Source: Thermoplasmatota archaeon (lineage in GTDB: Archaea > Thermoplasmatota > Penumbrarchaeia > Penumbrarchaeales > Penumbrarchaeaceae). Taken from it: a stretch of DNA of 64,000 bases. The position numbers were made by a program, and so were the translations under genes. Below, piece by piece: positions 44,100-53,600 of the stretch; the stretch's first letter is position 1, and the number at the start of each line of letters is the position of its first letter. The notes under the pieces were generated by a model. The model made no database searches. It had not been told where the DNA came from and saw only the letters and a program-made list of their open reading frames with translations. Location of the stretch: contig JBLIRK010000005.1 of the NCBI GenBank assembly GCA_048569615.1, positions 2,036 through 66,035 on the forward strand. Reading direction: 5' to 3'.

Positions 44100-45088
44100 C
44101 CTCCTCCTTTTCTGCTCGTATCCTTCTTCTTCTTGTTGATGAGGCCGAGAGCGGTCCTCTTCGGCCTCTTCGAGCTCACGATCCCGAAGGGACCATACAT
44201 CAGGGACAGGCAGTCCTTCTCGGGGCAGAGCTCCACGCATCTGCCGCAGAGTGTGCAGTCCTCCCCGGCGACATCGTCCTTCTCCATGTCCTCGTACACC
44301 TTATCGTGGTCCAGGGGGCAGACCCTGAGGCAGACGCGGCATCTTGTGCATTTCTCCGGGTCCTTCTTCAGCCAGGCAAGGGACGCACCGCTCAGAAGCG
44401 CCATCGCCCCGCCCATGGGGCAGATGCGGCAGAATGCCATCTTGATGAAGAAGGACGCCACCAGGAACAGCACCAGAATGACCAGTGCAAGGACGGGAAG
44501 CGTCGTCGTCCACGGCTCCAGACCGAATATCTGCTGGGTGACCGTAAAGAAACCCTTTGCGGGACAGACCTGACAGAAGGGGAGCGCCAGCGTTGACTGG
44601 CAGCCCATGATACCAAGGGCGGATATGCCGATGGGAATCGAAAGAAGGATCGTAAGGAAGATTATCACGTACTTGATCCGCCGGAGAACGACCCTGTGGC
44701 TCCATCTCAGCTTGTATGCGGGGATACCTGTCCTCTCCCGGAGCCACCCCATGAACTCCTGGACCATCCCGAAGGGGCAGAGCCAGGAGCACCAGAGCCT
44801 TCCCAGAAGGATGATCAGTATCAGGACCACCATGACCATGATCAGCACGTCAACGTAGCTGTTGTAGTAGCCCTGTGTGAGCCCGTCCTGGAGCTGATAA
44901 TAGAAGCAGGATGTCGGTGTGGTGTTGATATACCTGCAGGAGGCGTTGGGAAGGAATATCCTGCGGAGAAGGGGATATGTTCCAAAAGGGGGGAGACCGA
45001 GGAGCTGGCTTAGAATGAAACCCAGGGCAAGCCCCTGGACCGCGAACCTCCAAGGCCTGATCCTTGTCCCCTTGAACTCCCCCTTCAC
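44096..45088 (-). CDS. NapH/MauN-like membrane polyferredoxin: TM helices, a CSWLCPFG motif and two C-terminal 4Fe-4S ferredoxin motifs. The start is uncertain; GTG 45088 is proposed.
   Basis: LWCSWLCPFGMVQEF is the NapH/FixG-type motif. CQVCPAKG, CRICPMG, CTRCRVCLRVCP and CTLCGRCVELCP are present. The first 105 codons of ORF 44096..45403 are Arg/Gly-rich and overlap the upstream gene, so they are rejected. GTG at 45088 abuts the upstream stop (GTGA). Confidence 0.65.
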   Translation of the reverse strand: MKGEFKGTRIRPWRFAVQGLALGFILSQLLGLPPFGTYPLLRRIFLPNASCRYINTTPTSCFYYQLQDGLTQGYYNSYVDVLIMVMVVLILIILLGRLWCSWLCPFGMVQEFMGWLRERTGIPAYKLRWSHRVVLRRIKYVIIFLTILLSIPIGISALGIMGCQSTLALPFCQVCPAKGFFTVTQQIFGLEPWTTTLPVLALVILVLFLVASFFIKMAFCRICPMGGAMALLSGASLAWLKKDPEKCTRCRVCLRVCPLDHDKVYEDMEKDDVAGEDCTLCGRCVELCPEKDCLSLMYGPFGIVSSKRPKRTALGLINKKKKDTSRKGGG

Positions 45089-46380
45089 CCCCGTGCCCTC
45101 CTTTTCCTGATATGGTGTATCCAGAGCCTTGAAAGGACGGCAAGCTGGGCGATGAGGACAGCCACCAGCGCAAGCTGTACCACCTTCATCCACTGGACCA
45201 GGTCGTCGATCTCGCCGAGCACCGCCTCCGTCCTCTTGGTCTTTCCGTCGATAATATATACGTGGGGGGTGACGTAGCCCGATGTGTAATCGCCTTTGCC
45301 TATGTATCCGCCCTGTCCGGCGATTATCTCCATTTCCCCGTCCCTGTCCGGATCGGCGATCACGACACCCAGCACATCCCTTCCGAGCTCCCCGGAGGTC
45401 CATTCCAGGACCCTTGTCTCGGCATCGTAGACCCTGATGTAACCCGCCATGTTCGAAACGACGATCTCCAACGTCCCGTCGTCATCGACGTCCCCGATAT
45501 CGAGCCCGTAGGCCTTCGGGCCGATGTTCCCGCTCTTCCATACCTGGACGAAGTCATTGCCGTCGTAGGTGAAGATGAAGCACCATCCGTCCCTGTACCT
45601 GTACCCGTTTGAAACCACCATCTCCAGGACTCCGTCGCCGTCGAGGTCCACGACCTTCAAACCTTCAACACATCCTCCGAGATCGGGGCTCTTCCATTTC
45701 AGATCCCCAGTTTCCAGGTCGAATATCCTGATGTAGCCCTCTCCCCGGATATCTCCGAGCGACACTCCGGATGTGACGATCAGCTCCTCCTTCCCGTCCT
45801 GGTCAAGGTCGGCGATATCGATCTCCCTCAGCCTCGAATCGAAGGGCTCGAGCTCCCTGTAGGGATCGGATGAATTGTGCTCGAAGAAGTAGACCTGCCC
45901 CCATCCCTGGTCCGTCTTGAAACCCGACCCTACGATGAGCTCGTTCTCGCCGTCCCCGTCGACATCATGGAGGAGCAGGCCGTGGGCATCCCTGACTAGA
46001 GTCACTGATTCCCATTCGATCTCCTTCGTCCGTCCGTCCAGTGCCCTGACGTTCCCGTCACCGTCCCCGATGATGATCTCCATGGAATCGTCATTGTCGA
46101 ACTGGCCGGCCCTGAGGCCCCAGCACCGGGTCCCGAACCTGGGTGAGGTCCAGTCAACGGAGTAATCACCCCCGGCATATTCGACGGAGGTCACGTATCC
46201 GTCGTAAGAGCCGAAAAGTATCTCGTCCCTTCCGTCTCCGTCAACATCCTCGCATATGATGGACTGGAACCTTCCGATGCCGGAGGTGAGCTCCCTGGGC
46301 TCCACCACGGCTGATGCGGGCTGAAAGAATATCATCATCATCAGCAGGATGCAAAGGAAGTGAGGGAACCGCCCCTTCAT
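45085..46380 (-). CDS. FG-GAP/VCBS beta-propeller protein with signal peptide and C-terminal TM anchor. ORF 45085..46581 is trimmed to Met 46380.
   Basis: MKGRFPHFLCILLMMMIFFQPASA is a signal peptide. Blades EDVDGDGRDEILFGS, HDVDGDGENELIVGS, ADLDQDGKEELIVTS, VDLDGDGVLEMVVSN, GDVDDDGTLEIVVSN and ADPDRDGEMEIIAG. C-terminal LALVAVLIAQLAVL then RKRRARG. The trimmed start gives an ATGA overlap with the upstream stop. Confidence 0.7.
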   Translation of the reverse strand: MKGRFPHFLCILLMMMIFFQPASAVVEPRELTSGIGRFQSIICEDVDGDGRDEILFGSYDGYVTSVEYAGGDYSVDWTSPRFGTRCWGLRAGQFDNDDSMEIIIGDGDGNVRALDGRTKEIEWESVTLVRDAHGLLLHDVDGDGENELIVGSGFKTDQGWGQVYFFEHNSSDPYRELEPFDSRLREIDIADLDQDGKEELIVTSGVSLGDIRGEGYIRIFDLETGDLKWKSPDLGGCVEGLKVVDLDGDGVLEMVVSNGYRYRDGWCFIFTYDGNDFVQVWKSGNIGPKAYGLDIGDVDDDGTLEIVVSNMAGYIRVYDAETRVLEWTSGELGRDVLGVVIADPDRDGEMEIIAGQGGYIGKGDYTSGYVTPHVYIIDGKTKRTEAVLGEIDDLVQWMKVVQLALVAVLIAQLAVLSRLWIHHIRKRRARG

Positions 46381-47573
46381 CCCCTGGACCTCCGGATCTC
46401 CCTGTATGCGGGATAGAAGAATGCGACCAAGGCAGCTGCCCCGATAATGATGAGGGATACGGCGGTGATGGTCCCGATGGGAAGTCCGTCCCCCTCTCCC
46501 GCTTCGCCGCCGAATCCGTAGAGTATGACGGTATGGCTCTTTCCCAGTCCAGAGGCCAGGAACCTGCCGTCCGGGGACCACCTTGACATCATCACCATGG
46601 CATGCTGCTCCATACCGTCCTTGATCACTTTCAGTTCGGTACCGGTCACGGAATCCCTTATCTTCAGAGTGAGGTCAACACCGGAGGTGGCAGCTATCTC
46701 CTGAAAGGGGTGGAAATCGACGGACCTGACGCAGTTGTTGTCGGACCATGTGGCGAGGATCTCGCCGGTGGATGAGTTCCAGACCTTGATCTTGTAATCC
46801 CTGGAGCCGGTGATGAGCCTTGAATCATCCGGAGACCAGTCGATGTCCAGAACACCTGTGGTATGCCCGGTCGCGTTCATCACCTCGGTCCTTGTGGAGA
46901 ACTCCATGATCCTTATCATCCTGTCATCGGATGCGGATGCGAGCCTGTCACCCTCGTTCGACCATCTCACTGCGAGCACTCCATCCCTGTGCCAGTTGAG
47001 GGTGTGGTAGAGCCTGCCTGTCTGCATGTCCCATATGCGGACAGCGTTCTCCTCCTGGTTCTGCGGGATGACCTTGTCCCTCCCCGAGCCGGACGCCAAG
47101 TATCTGCTGTCAGGGGAGAAATCGAGGCAGAGGATGGAGCCGGAGTGCCCCCTCAGCATGTACTTCTCCTCCCAGGTCGCCGTATCGAACACGGTTATAA
47201 TGCGGTCGTCCCCGCCCACAGCCAGGAGCTTTCCGTCGGGGGAGAAGCAGCAGGCGCGGAGCGGATTCGTCCCCTCGGGGGAGAACCCGTCGCATCTCGT
47301 ATCCTCCGGGACGAGGTCGAGCACGGTCCTGATCCCACCGTCAGTGGCGTTCAGAACCACGCATTTATCGTCGAAGAACGTGGCGGCGATCATCGATCCG
47401 TCGGGGGACCACGACAGCTTCCAGAATGTCGCCTCGCTGTCCTCCTTGGTGTACATCCAGATGACCTCCGCCCTTGCCGGATCTATTTCCGCTACCTGGG
47501 CTGCTGCGGGATTCAAGGGCAGAAGGAGGATGAGCAGTCCGAATGCTGTCGCCGGAATGACGGCTATTTTCAT
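46377..47573 (-). CDS. WD40-repeat beta-propeller protein with signal peptide and C-terminal TM anchor
   Basis: LRGHSGSILCLDFSPDSRYLASGS, VRIWDMQTGRLYHTLNWHRDGVLAVRWS and TGHTTGVLDIDWSPDDSRLITGSRDYKIKVWN. N-terminal MKIAVIPATAFGLLILLLPLNPAAAQ. C-terminal AVSLIIIGAAALVAFF then REIRRSRG. Confidence 0.8.
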   Translation of the reverse strand: MKIAVIPATAFGLLILLLPLNPAAAQVAEIDPARAEVIWMYTKEDSEATFWKLSWSPDGSMIAATFFDDKCVVLNATDGGIRTVLDLVPEDTRCDGFSPEGTNPLRACCFSPDGKLLAVGGDDRIITVFDTATWEEKYMLRGHSGSILCLDFSPDSRYLASGSGRDKVIPQNQEENAVRIWDMQTGRLYHTLNWHRDGVLAVRWSNEGDRLASASDDRMIRIMEFSTRTEVMNATGHTTGVLDIDWSPDDSRLITGSRDYKIKVWNSSTGEILATWSDNNCVRSVDFHPFQEIAATSGVDLTLKIRDSVTGTELKVIKDGMEQHAMVMMSRWSPDGRFLASGLGKSHTVILYGFGGEAGEGDGLPIGTITAVSLIIIGAAALVAFFYPAYREIRRSRG

Positions 47574-49231
47574 GTAAGCACCTCCCTCTCCTCGTTCCGG
47601 TTCCTCAAGTAAACAACTAAGGTGACGAATCCGGTTAGCAAGTTCAGGCCGGCGATCACCGCTATTATGATACCGTTGCTCAAGCGACCGCTTTTATCGA
47701 CTGTTGACGAAGCTGTTTCGTCATCTGCCTCCTCCCCGGGCTCCACGATTACATTGGCGGAGGCCGTTCCCGGCTCCAACCCTTCCTTCACGACTTCCAA
47801 TTCGATATTGACCGTCGACCTCGAGCTGACCCTGATGGGGAAGTAGAATACCTCGACCTCCCCCTCCTCGTTGGTCAAGTATTTCAACCTCGTATTGCCA
47901 TCCTTGTCAAAGGCAATGTACCCAGCGGAAATGGAGAAGGTGACCTCAGCTCCCTCGACGGGGGAGCCCTCGTTATCGGTCACCCTTACGATCATGGATG
48001 TGGAATTGTCGGAGGTTATCTCCTTATCCGTTGTGTTGATGGCCGCAGACAGACCGGGCGGGCGGACCCCAACGCAGTAAACGGACCGGTCCGAGGAGCC
48101 GAAATATACCCTTTCCAGGTAGATGACGGGTGATGAATAGACATAACCCCCGGTCGAGAAGGTCCATACCAGGTCCCCGTTGGTCTCGTTGAAGCAGTAG
48201 AGGTTGTAGTCGTCGGAGCCGATGAACAATTTCCCATCCGAGACCACGGGGGACGAGCCCCCCTGGAAATCATGGGTGGGGGAGGACCAGATCACCTCGT
48301 CTTCGGAGATGTTGCCGTCCGAATCAGGGTCATCGATCGGAAGGCACCATGTGTACTCGAAGGACCCGAAGAATACCCTGTCATCTCTGACGATCGGTGT
48401 GGAATAGGTATCGTGGCCAGTGAAGAAGGACCATTTAATATCCATGGTATCCGGGTCCACATTGTAGATCCTCTGGTCCATCCCTGCGGTCAGCAGCAGA
48501 TTATCATCATGGAGCACTCCGGAGGAATACACCTCGGCATACTCCCCGAACTCCACCTTGTCCAGTACCTCTCCGTCGTCCAGCGATAGCCTGTAGAGGC
48601 TCCTTCCGGTGTCCCCGATGAAGAGCACCCCCCTTTCCTCGTCTACGATCCCCGAGGCCCAAATGGGAAGGTCGGATATCGGAGACCTCCAGATCTCCTG
48701 TCCCTCCTTAGATAATCTGTACACGATCCCGGCCAGGTCCGAGAAGATGACCGAATCCCCGAAGGCGTGGGCCGAGGATTTGATCTCTCCCTCGGTCTCG
48801 AAGGACCAGAGGGTCTCAGGTTCGGAGGTCGATCCCTCCGGTGGAAGCGAGATGCAGTAGAAATTGCGGTCAAGTGATCCGAAATATCCCCTGCCATTCT
48901 CCAGAAGGACCGTTGCTTGTACATCGTCCCCCGACTTGAACTTCCAGTTCATACTCCCGGTCACGGGGTCCAGGCAGTAGACCCAGTCGTCCTCCGAGCC
49001 AATGACCAGACCGCCTGGGTAGAAAGTGGGAGAGGAGAGAACCTGACTCCCGGTGTCGAAGGACCATATCAATTCGCCCTTCTCAGGAGCATCCCCGTCT
49101 TCAAGGGCCAGGTGCAGGGGGTCCCCCCTCCACTGGCTCCATGCGCCCTCTGAGGGATCCGAACCCGTGAAGGATATAAAGAGGAGGAGAACTAGGATGG
49201 CCGCCGCTGTGATCTTGGAAATAGAGCTCAT
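47570..49231 (-). CDS. PQQ-like (BamB/YxaL-type) beta-propeller repeat protein with a C-terminal Ig-like domain and TM anchor
   Basis: Repeats of the type (W/Y)(S/K)F.TG..(V/I).SSP. and the linker GDLVWTFSTGGYVYSSPVIY. Signal peptide MSSISKITAAAILVLLLFISF. C-terminal IIIAVIAGLNLLTGFVTLVVYL then RNRNEE. Confidence 0.7.
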   Translation of the reverse strand: MSSISKITAAAILVLLLFISFTGSDPSEGAWSQWRGDPLHLALEDGDAPEKGELIWSFDTGSQVLSSPTFYPGGLVIGSEDDWVYCLDPVTGSMNWKFKSGDDVQATVLLENGRGYFGSLDRNFYCISLPPEGSTSEPETLWSFETEGEIKSSAHAFGDSVIFSDLAGIVYRLSKEGQEIWRSPISDLPIWASGIVDEERGVLFIGDTGRSLYRLSLDDGEVLDKVEFGEYAEVYSSGVLHDDNLLLTAGMDQRIYNVDPDTMDIKWSFFTGHDTYSTPIVRDDRVFFGSFEYTWCLPIDDPDSDGNISEDEVIWSSPTHDFQGGSSPVVSDGKLFIGSDDYNLYCFNETNGDLVWTFSTGGYVYSSPVIYLERVYFGSSDRSVYCVGVRPPGLSAAINTTDKEITSDNSTSMIVRVTDNEGSPVEGAEVTFSISAGYIAFDKDGNTRLKYLTNEEGEVEVFYFPIRVSSRSTVNIELEVVKEGLEPGTASANVIVEPGEEADDETASSTVDKSGRLSNGIIIAVIAGLNLLTGFVTLVVYLRNRNEEREVLT

Positions 49232-49339
49232 CCCAACGGTTATTTCAGACCCTCCCGAACGATCGCCATTTGCCAGGCTCTCCGGAACATTGCGGGTCTG
49301 CGGTTATAATAGTTATGGGGGGCTCCCCGAATCTGTAAC

Positions 49340-50626
49340 CTATCCCTTTCTTATCCTCCTGTATCTCTTCCAGAATACGGCGAGGATGACACCGATGATG
49401 ATCGCGACTGCAAGGGCGAGGAAGAGCATATCCCTGTTTGCGCTCACCTCCCGCCCGATATCGAATGCGTCGTCCCCATCATCATCATCGGTAACCGGAA
49501 TGTTCTGCCTGAGGCATCTTACATACCCGTTCCTGTCCCCGAAGAAGACCTTGGAGCCGTATGCCGACGGGGAGACCTCGCTGGCATCCCCGTATTCGAA
49601 GCTCCGGTAGATGCTTCCGTTCCCCATATGGACCATGACCAGCCCCTGTTCACAGGTCGCATATACGAGCTTCCCGCCTATTACGGGGGATGTCTCAAGC
49701 TGGGAAGGACCGAGGTCAAGGGTCCATTCTATCGAACCATATTCTGCATCCAGGCAGTAGAGGAGCCCGTCATTGGCCCCGACCATAACCTTCTCGGCGT
49801 TTACGGCAGGTGAGGATTGGATGTCGCCTCCCAGGGCGGTGCTCCAGATGAGCTCCCCGTCCCCGGCGTCAAGGCAGTACATGTTGCTGTCGTAGGAGCC
49901 GAAATATATCCTTCCTTCCATGATCGCGGGTGAGGATGGAATGTAAGCAGCGGAGAAGTTCCATTTATGCTCCCCGGTCAATGCATCCAGACATCTCAGC
50001 ATCCCGTCGCAGGAACCGAAATATAGGTTGTTGTCATGGACGGCAGGGGTTGTGTGTATCCATCCCTGGCATCCGATGTAATCCCAAGAGGGGGTCCCAT
50101 CCGGTTTCAGGCTGTAGAACTTAGAATCATAGGATCCGAAATAGATCATGTCGCCGGGTCCGTTGGGGGAGGAAATGATCTCCTTCCCCGATCCCGTATC
50201 AAAGGTCCATAGCTGCGCTCCTTCTTCCATGGAGAGCGCCGTCACCATACCAGAACTGTCGCACACTGCGAGATCGTTCGTTTCCTCGATATACAGGGGT
50301 GTCGAGAATATAGGTGCTCCGACGTTGTAGCTCCATTCCAGGCTCCCGAACTCCGAATTCAGCTTGTAAACCGTCCCGTTGGAGGTGCCGAACACGCACC
50401 AGCCTTCCTCAGCGATGACTGCGGTGCCGATGGATGAATCCGCCCGGAACTCCCAGGACAGGAAGACCTCTCCCTTCAACGGATCTGAAAGGTCGGTGGT
50501 GGTTCTTCCCGTATTCGACGGATCTCCCCTGAAGCTGTTCCAGCCTAGCGCAGCGGGACCCGCAACCATCAATATCGACAGGAGAATCGAAAGGATCGCC
50601 CCTGTCCTTCCAGGGGAGCACTTCAT
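49340..50626 (-). CDS. Second PQQ-like beta-propeller repeat protein with signal peptide and C-terminal TM anchor; the ORF could extend to 50698
   Basis: MKCSPGRTGAILSILLSILMVAGPAALG is a signal peptide. Repeats LEWSYNVGAPIFSTPLY, QLWTFDTGSGKEIISSP, HKWNFSAAYIPSSPAI and LIWSTALGGDIQSSPAV. C-terminal LALAVAIIIGVILAVFW then KRYRRIRKG. Confidence 0.7.
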   Translation of the reverse strand: MKCSPGRTGAILSILLSILMVAGPAALGWNSFRGDPSNTGRTTTDLSDPLKGEVFLSWEFRADSSIGTAVIAEEGWCVFGTSNGTVYKLNSEFGSLEWSYNVGAPIFSTPLYIEETNDLAVCDSSGMVTALSMEEGAQLWTFDTGSGKEIISSPNGPGDMIYFGSYDSKFYSLKPDGTPSWDYIGCQGWIHTTPAVHDNNLYFGSCDGMLRCLDALTGEHKWNFSAAYIPSSPAIMEGRIYFGSYDSNMYCLDAGDGELIWSTALGGDIQSSPAVNAEKVMVGANDGLLYCLDAEYGSIEWTLDLGPSQLETSPVIGGKLVYATCEQGLVMVHMGNGSIYRSFEYGDASEVSPSAYGSKVFFGDRNGYVRCLRQNIPVTDDDDGDDAFDIGREVSANRDMLFLALAVAIIIGVILAVFWKRYRRIRKG

Positions 50627-50678
50627 GGAGATAGAACCAGTTCGACTGGGATTAAAAGCTTGCGCTCTCATAAGTTCG

Positions 50679-53600
50679 TCACCTTCTGAATACCGCATCG
50701 TATCCCTTCACCGCCCACATCGAGGAGGCGATGCCTATTACGAGGGAGGCCAGAAGAAAACCTCCGGGGATCAGGATTATGGGTGCCGCCATATCGGGGG
50801 TCAGGAAGGCAGAATCGGACATGGTGAAAAAGACGAGTGCTCCCGCCGCCGATCCCGCAATCGCACCTAGCAGAGCGATCATGAAGACCGCCAGGTTCTC
50901 CAGCAGGAAATACATGACGGATCTTCCTTTGGGGGCCCCTATTGTCCTCAGCAGGGAGATCTCCTTTCTCATGTCCACGGCCCTCGCATGGGTGAAAACA
51001 ACAGCCGAGGCGAGGGAGAGTATCACGCCCAGCAAGAGGAAGTCCCGGAACAGGTAAAGGTACGAGAGCTCGTACCTGGCATTTTCCAGGGCAAGGTCCC
51101 TGACCGGCGTTATCAGGGGAGAGAAATCCTCGAAGATCCCCTCAACGGCTTCCTTGCCCCCTCCGTTCGCCCTGACTAGGAAATAATCCGGTGCGGCCGT
51201 GGAGGGGAAGAGGTCCTTCAGAAAGGTAGAAGAGAGAACGAAGCTCCCGGTGAACACGGAGGACTCCAGGACACCCACGACAACAAGGGTCACCCTCTCT
51301 CCGTTCTCGGTGTCCAGCTTGAACTCCGAACCCAGCTTCTCGTAGTATATCCATGCAAGTGTGTTCTGATCCACGAGGATGGGTATCCTTCCGTCGATCT
51401 TCGAATGGAGCATCTCCCAAGCTTCCTTATCGCTTCCCATGCCCTTTCTTCTCTCCATAAGCCCGAAGCCCGATACGTTCGAGAAGCCCTCCCGGACACC
51501 AAGGAGCCTGGGAGGATAGACGGCATTGACGTTGGAGCAGGTCCCCCCCTCCGAGCCGACGGAGAGCAAGGATTCAACATCCATTGCTCCGGACCGCAGC
51601 TCTCCCCTGAAGGGAACCGGGAGCTCCACCACGTAATCGAATCCGCCCCCGTAATCGCCTATCCCATCCTCCGCATCCGCTTCTAGCATGGCACCGATAA
51701 CGGTCAGTGAGAGTGAAATGGTGAGAGCCATGGCAAGGATGGAGATGGTAAGCGGATGCTTCCTCGGCCTTCTCGTGATATTGGCGCTCACAATGAGAAG
51801 CAGATCGCTTCTTCTGGACACCCTTGACGCAATAAGGTAGATAAGGAGAGCGGTCCCGGCTGAAAACACGATGGAGCCCAGTGTGAACAATAGTCCCTTC
51901 GCATAGATATCATCGGAACCGGAGCCAGACACAAGCAGGGCAATACCAATTATGATGGATGCCCCCGAAGCTCCGAAGTGGAGAAGCCTGCCTCTCATTG
52001 TCGGGCTTCCCACGGAGATGTCCTCTTCCCTCAGGTTGACCGCGGGAACACTGCCGGTCTCCCTCCAGACCGCAATGAGGGACAGGACCATGGATGAGAT
52101 CACTCCGATCGATATCGAGATGAGGACAGTGCCTGCCGAGACCGAGAAGGGGACGGAGGAGTTCTCAACGGAATCAGACCAGGCCGAGGAGAGCCCCGCG
52201 TTCAGGACGAAGGAGAATACGAATCCCACCGGCAGTCCGATAAGGCTTCCCGCCACGATGCTCCAGGCGGATTCGACCAAGGCCGCCTGGAACAGCCCTC
52301 TCCTTCCGGCCCCTATCGAGCGGAGTATCCCCCACTCATGTGACCGTCTAGCCGCCATATCCTTGATCACGGCATACAGCGTAAGGAGGGCACCGGCGAT
52401 CATTACCGTTCCGAATGAAAGGAACATTCCCGGAAAGATGAGCATGGCGCGGGATGATTCCAGAGCCCTTTCCCGGACGGGGACCAGGCTGATACCCATC
52501 GAAGAGTGGTCAAGCCCGTCCCCAATATTATCTAATTCTCCTTGGACATCCTCTCCCCGGACCAAGAGAGCGTTTGAATCACCGTAGCTTCCCGCCCACA
52601 TCTCCCTTGCGTCCTCCAGGCTCACGAAGCATTTTGGGGTTGTCCTGTAAATGTCCCAGTATTCGAGGTCTGCCTCCCCGAGAGAATCGAGGTCTAGGTC
52701 GAATGATGGATCCCACTCGTTGCAGGACGGGGCATCAGTCACCCCCTCGATCGGGGGCAGGAATCCCGGCTCCATACCGATTCCGGTCATGTTGTAGACG
52801 GCGGCGACCCTGAACGTCCTTTCCTCCTCCCGCAGCTCCCCGAGGAGGGTCACCTTCCTGTAGGAGACCACGATATCATCACCGATGGAAAGCCCCATCC
52901 TTTCGGCGGTCCAGTTGTTGACCGCTATTTCGCCGGTTCCCGGCAGGGGGCCGGATCCTTGAGGTCCAATCATCTCGAGCTCCTCCATCAGACCGGGCCG
53001 GACCCCGGAGACAACGGAATACGAGAGCTCCCCGTTCCCGGATGCCAGTGAATCAACGAAATACGAGAGCGAGAGCCCTTCATTCCCTTCTTCCGTCAGG
53101 TCCGTCTCGTCGAAGAACAGGCCGTCGCTGTAGATGAAGGAGCCTCCGCTGGATAGGGATCCCACCACCCTGAAGCCCGCCTCATCTAGACCCACGGCGT
53201 CGTCAAGAAGGGACATTATGGAATCCATGATCTTTCCCGAGCCGCCGTCCGATACGGTATCTATCAGTACCGTGTTCACCTTCCCGACGATCCCCAGCCT
53301 CTCCTGAACGAGTCCGATATCGACCACCAGGATCGGCTCCACCTTTGCGAGGGAATCCGTCCTGAACCTTCCGATACCCCGGTTCTCGATCACAGCCTCC
53401 ACCGTAAGGTTCAGGGTGATCCTGTCGGACCTGTCAAAACCGAGAAGGCTCTCCTCCCTGGTGGAAAAGGAGGGTACCGATATCCTGATGCCTCCGCCGC
53501 TGCCCTCTTCCAATTTCTTCGAGAGCTCCCTGTTGACGTAGCACCCGTACCTCGGTGGAGCACCCAAGTTATCGGATGATTCCGCCTCTACGGCACCCAG

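Noticed and set aside
45085-49231. PGF-CTERM / archaeosortase sorting signals on the C-terminally anchored propeller proteins
   Set aside because: No PGF tripeptide precedes the C-terminal helices, and several tails are long (about 130 aa). They are interpreted as permanent type-I TM anchors instead.
47570-50626. Calling the two PQQ-repeat proteins PQQ-dependent dehydrogenases
   Set aside because: At about 430-550 aa they are shorter than quinoprotein dehydrogenases, and I cannot see the PQQ or Ca-binding catalytic residues. They are safer described as PQQ-like (BamB/YxaL-type) beta-propellers.
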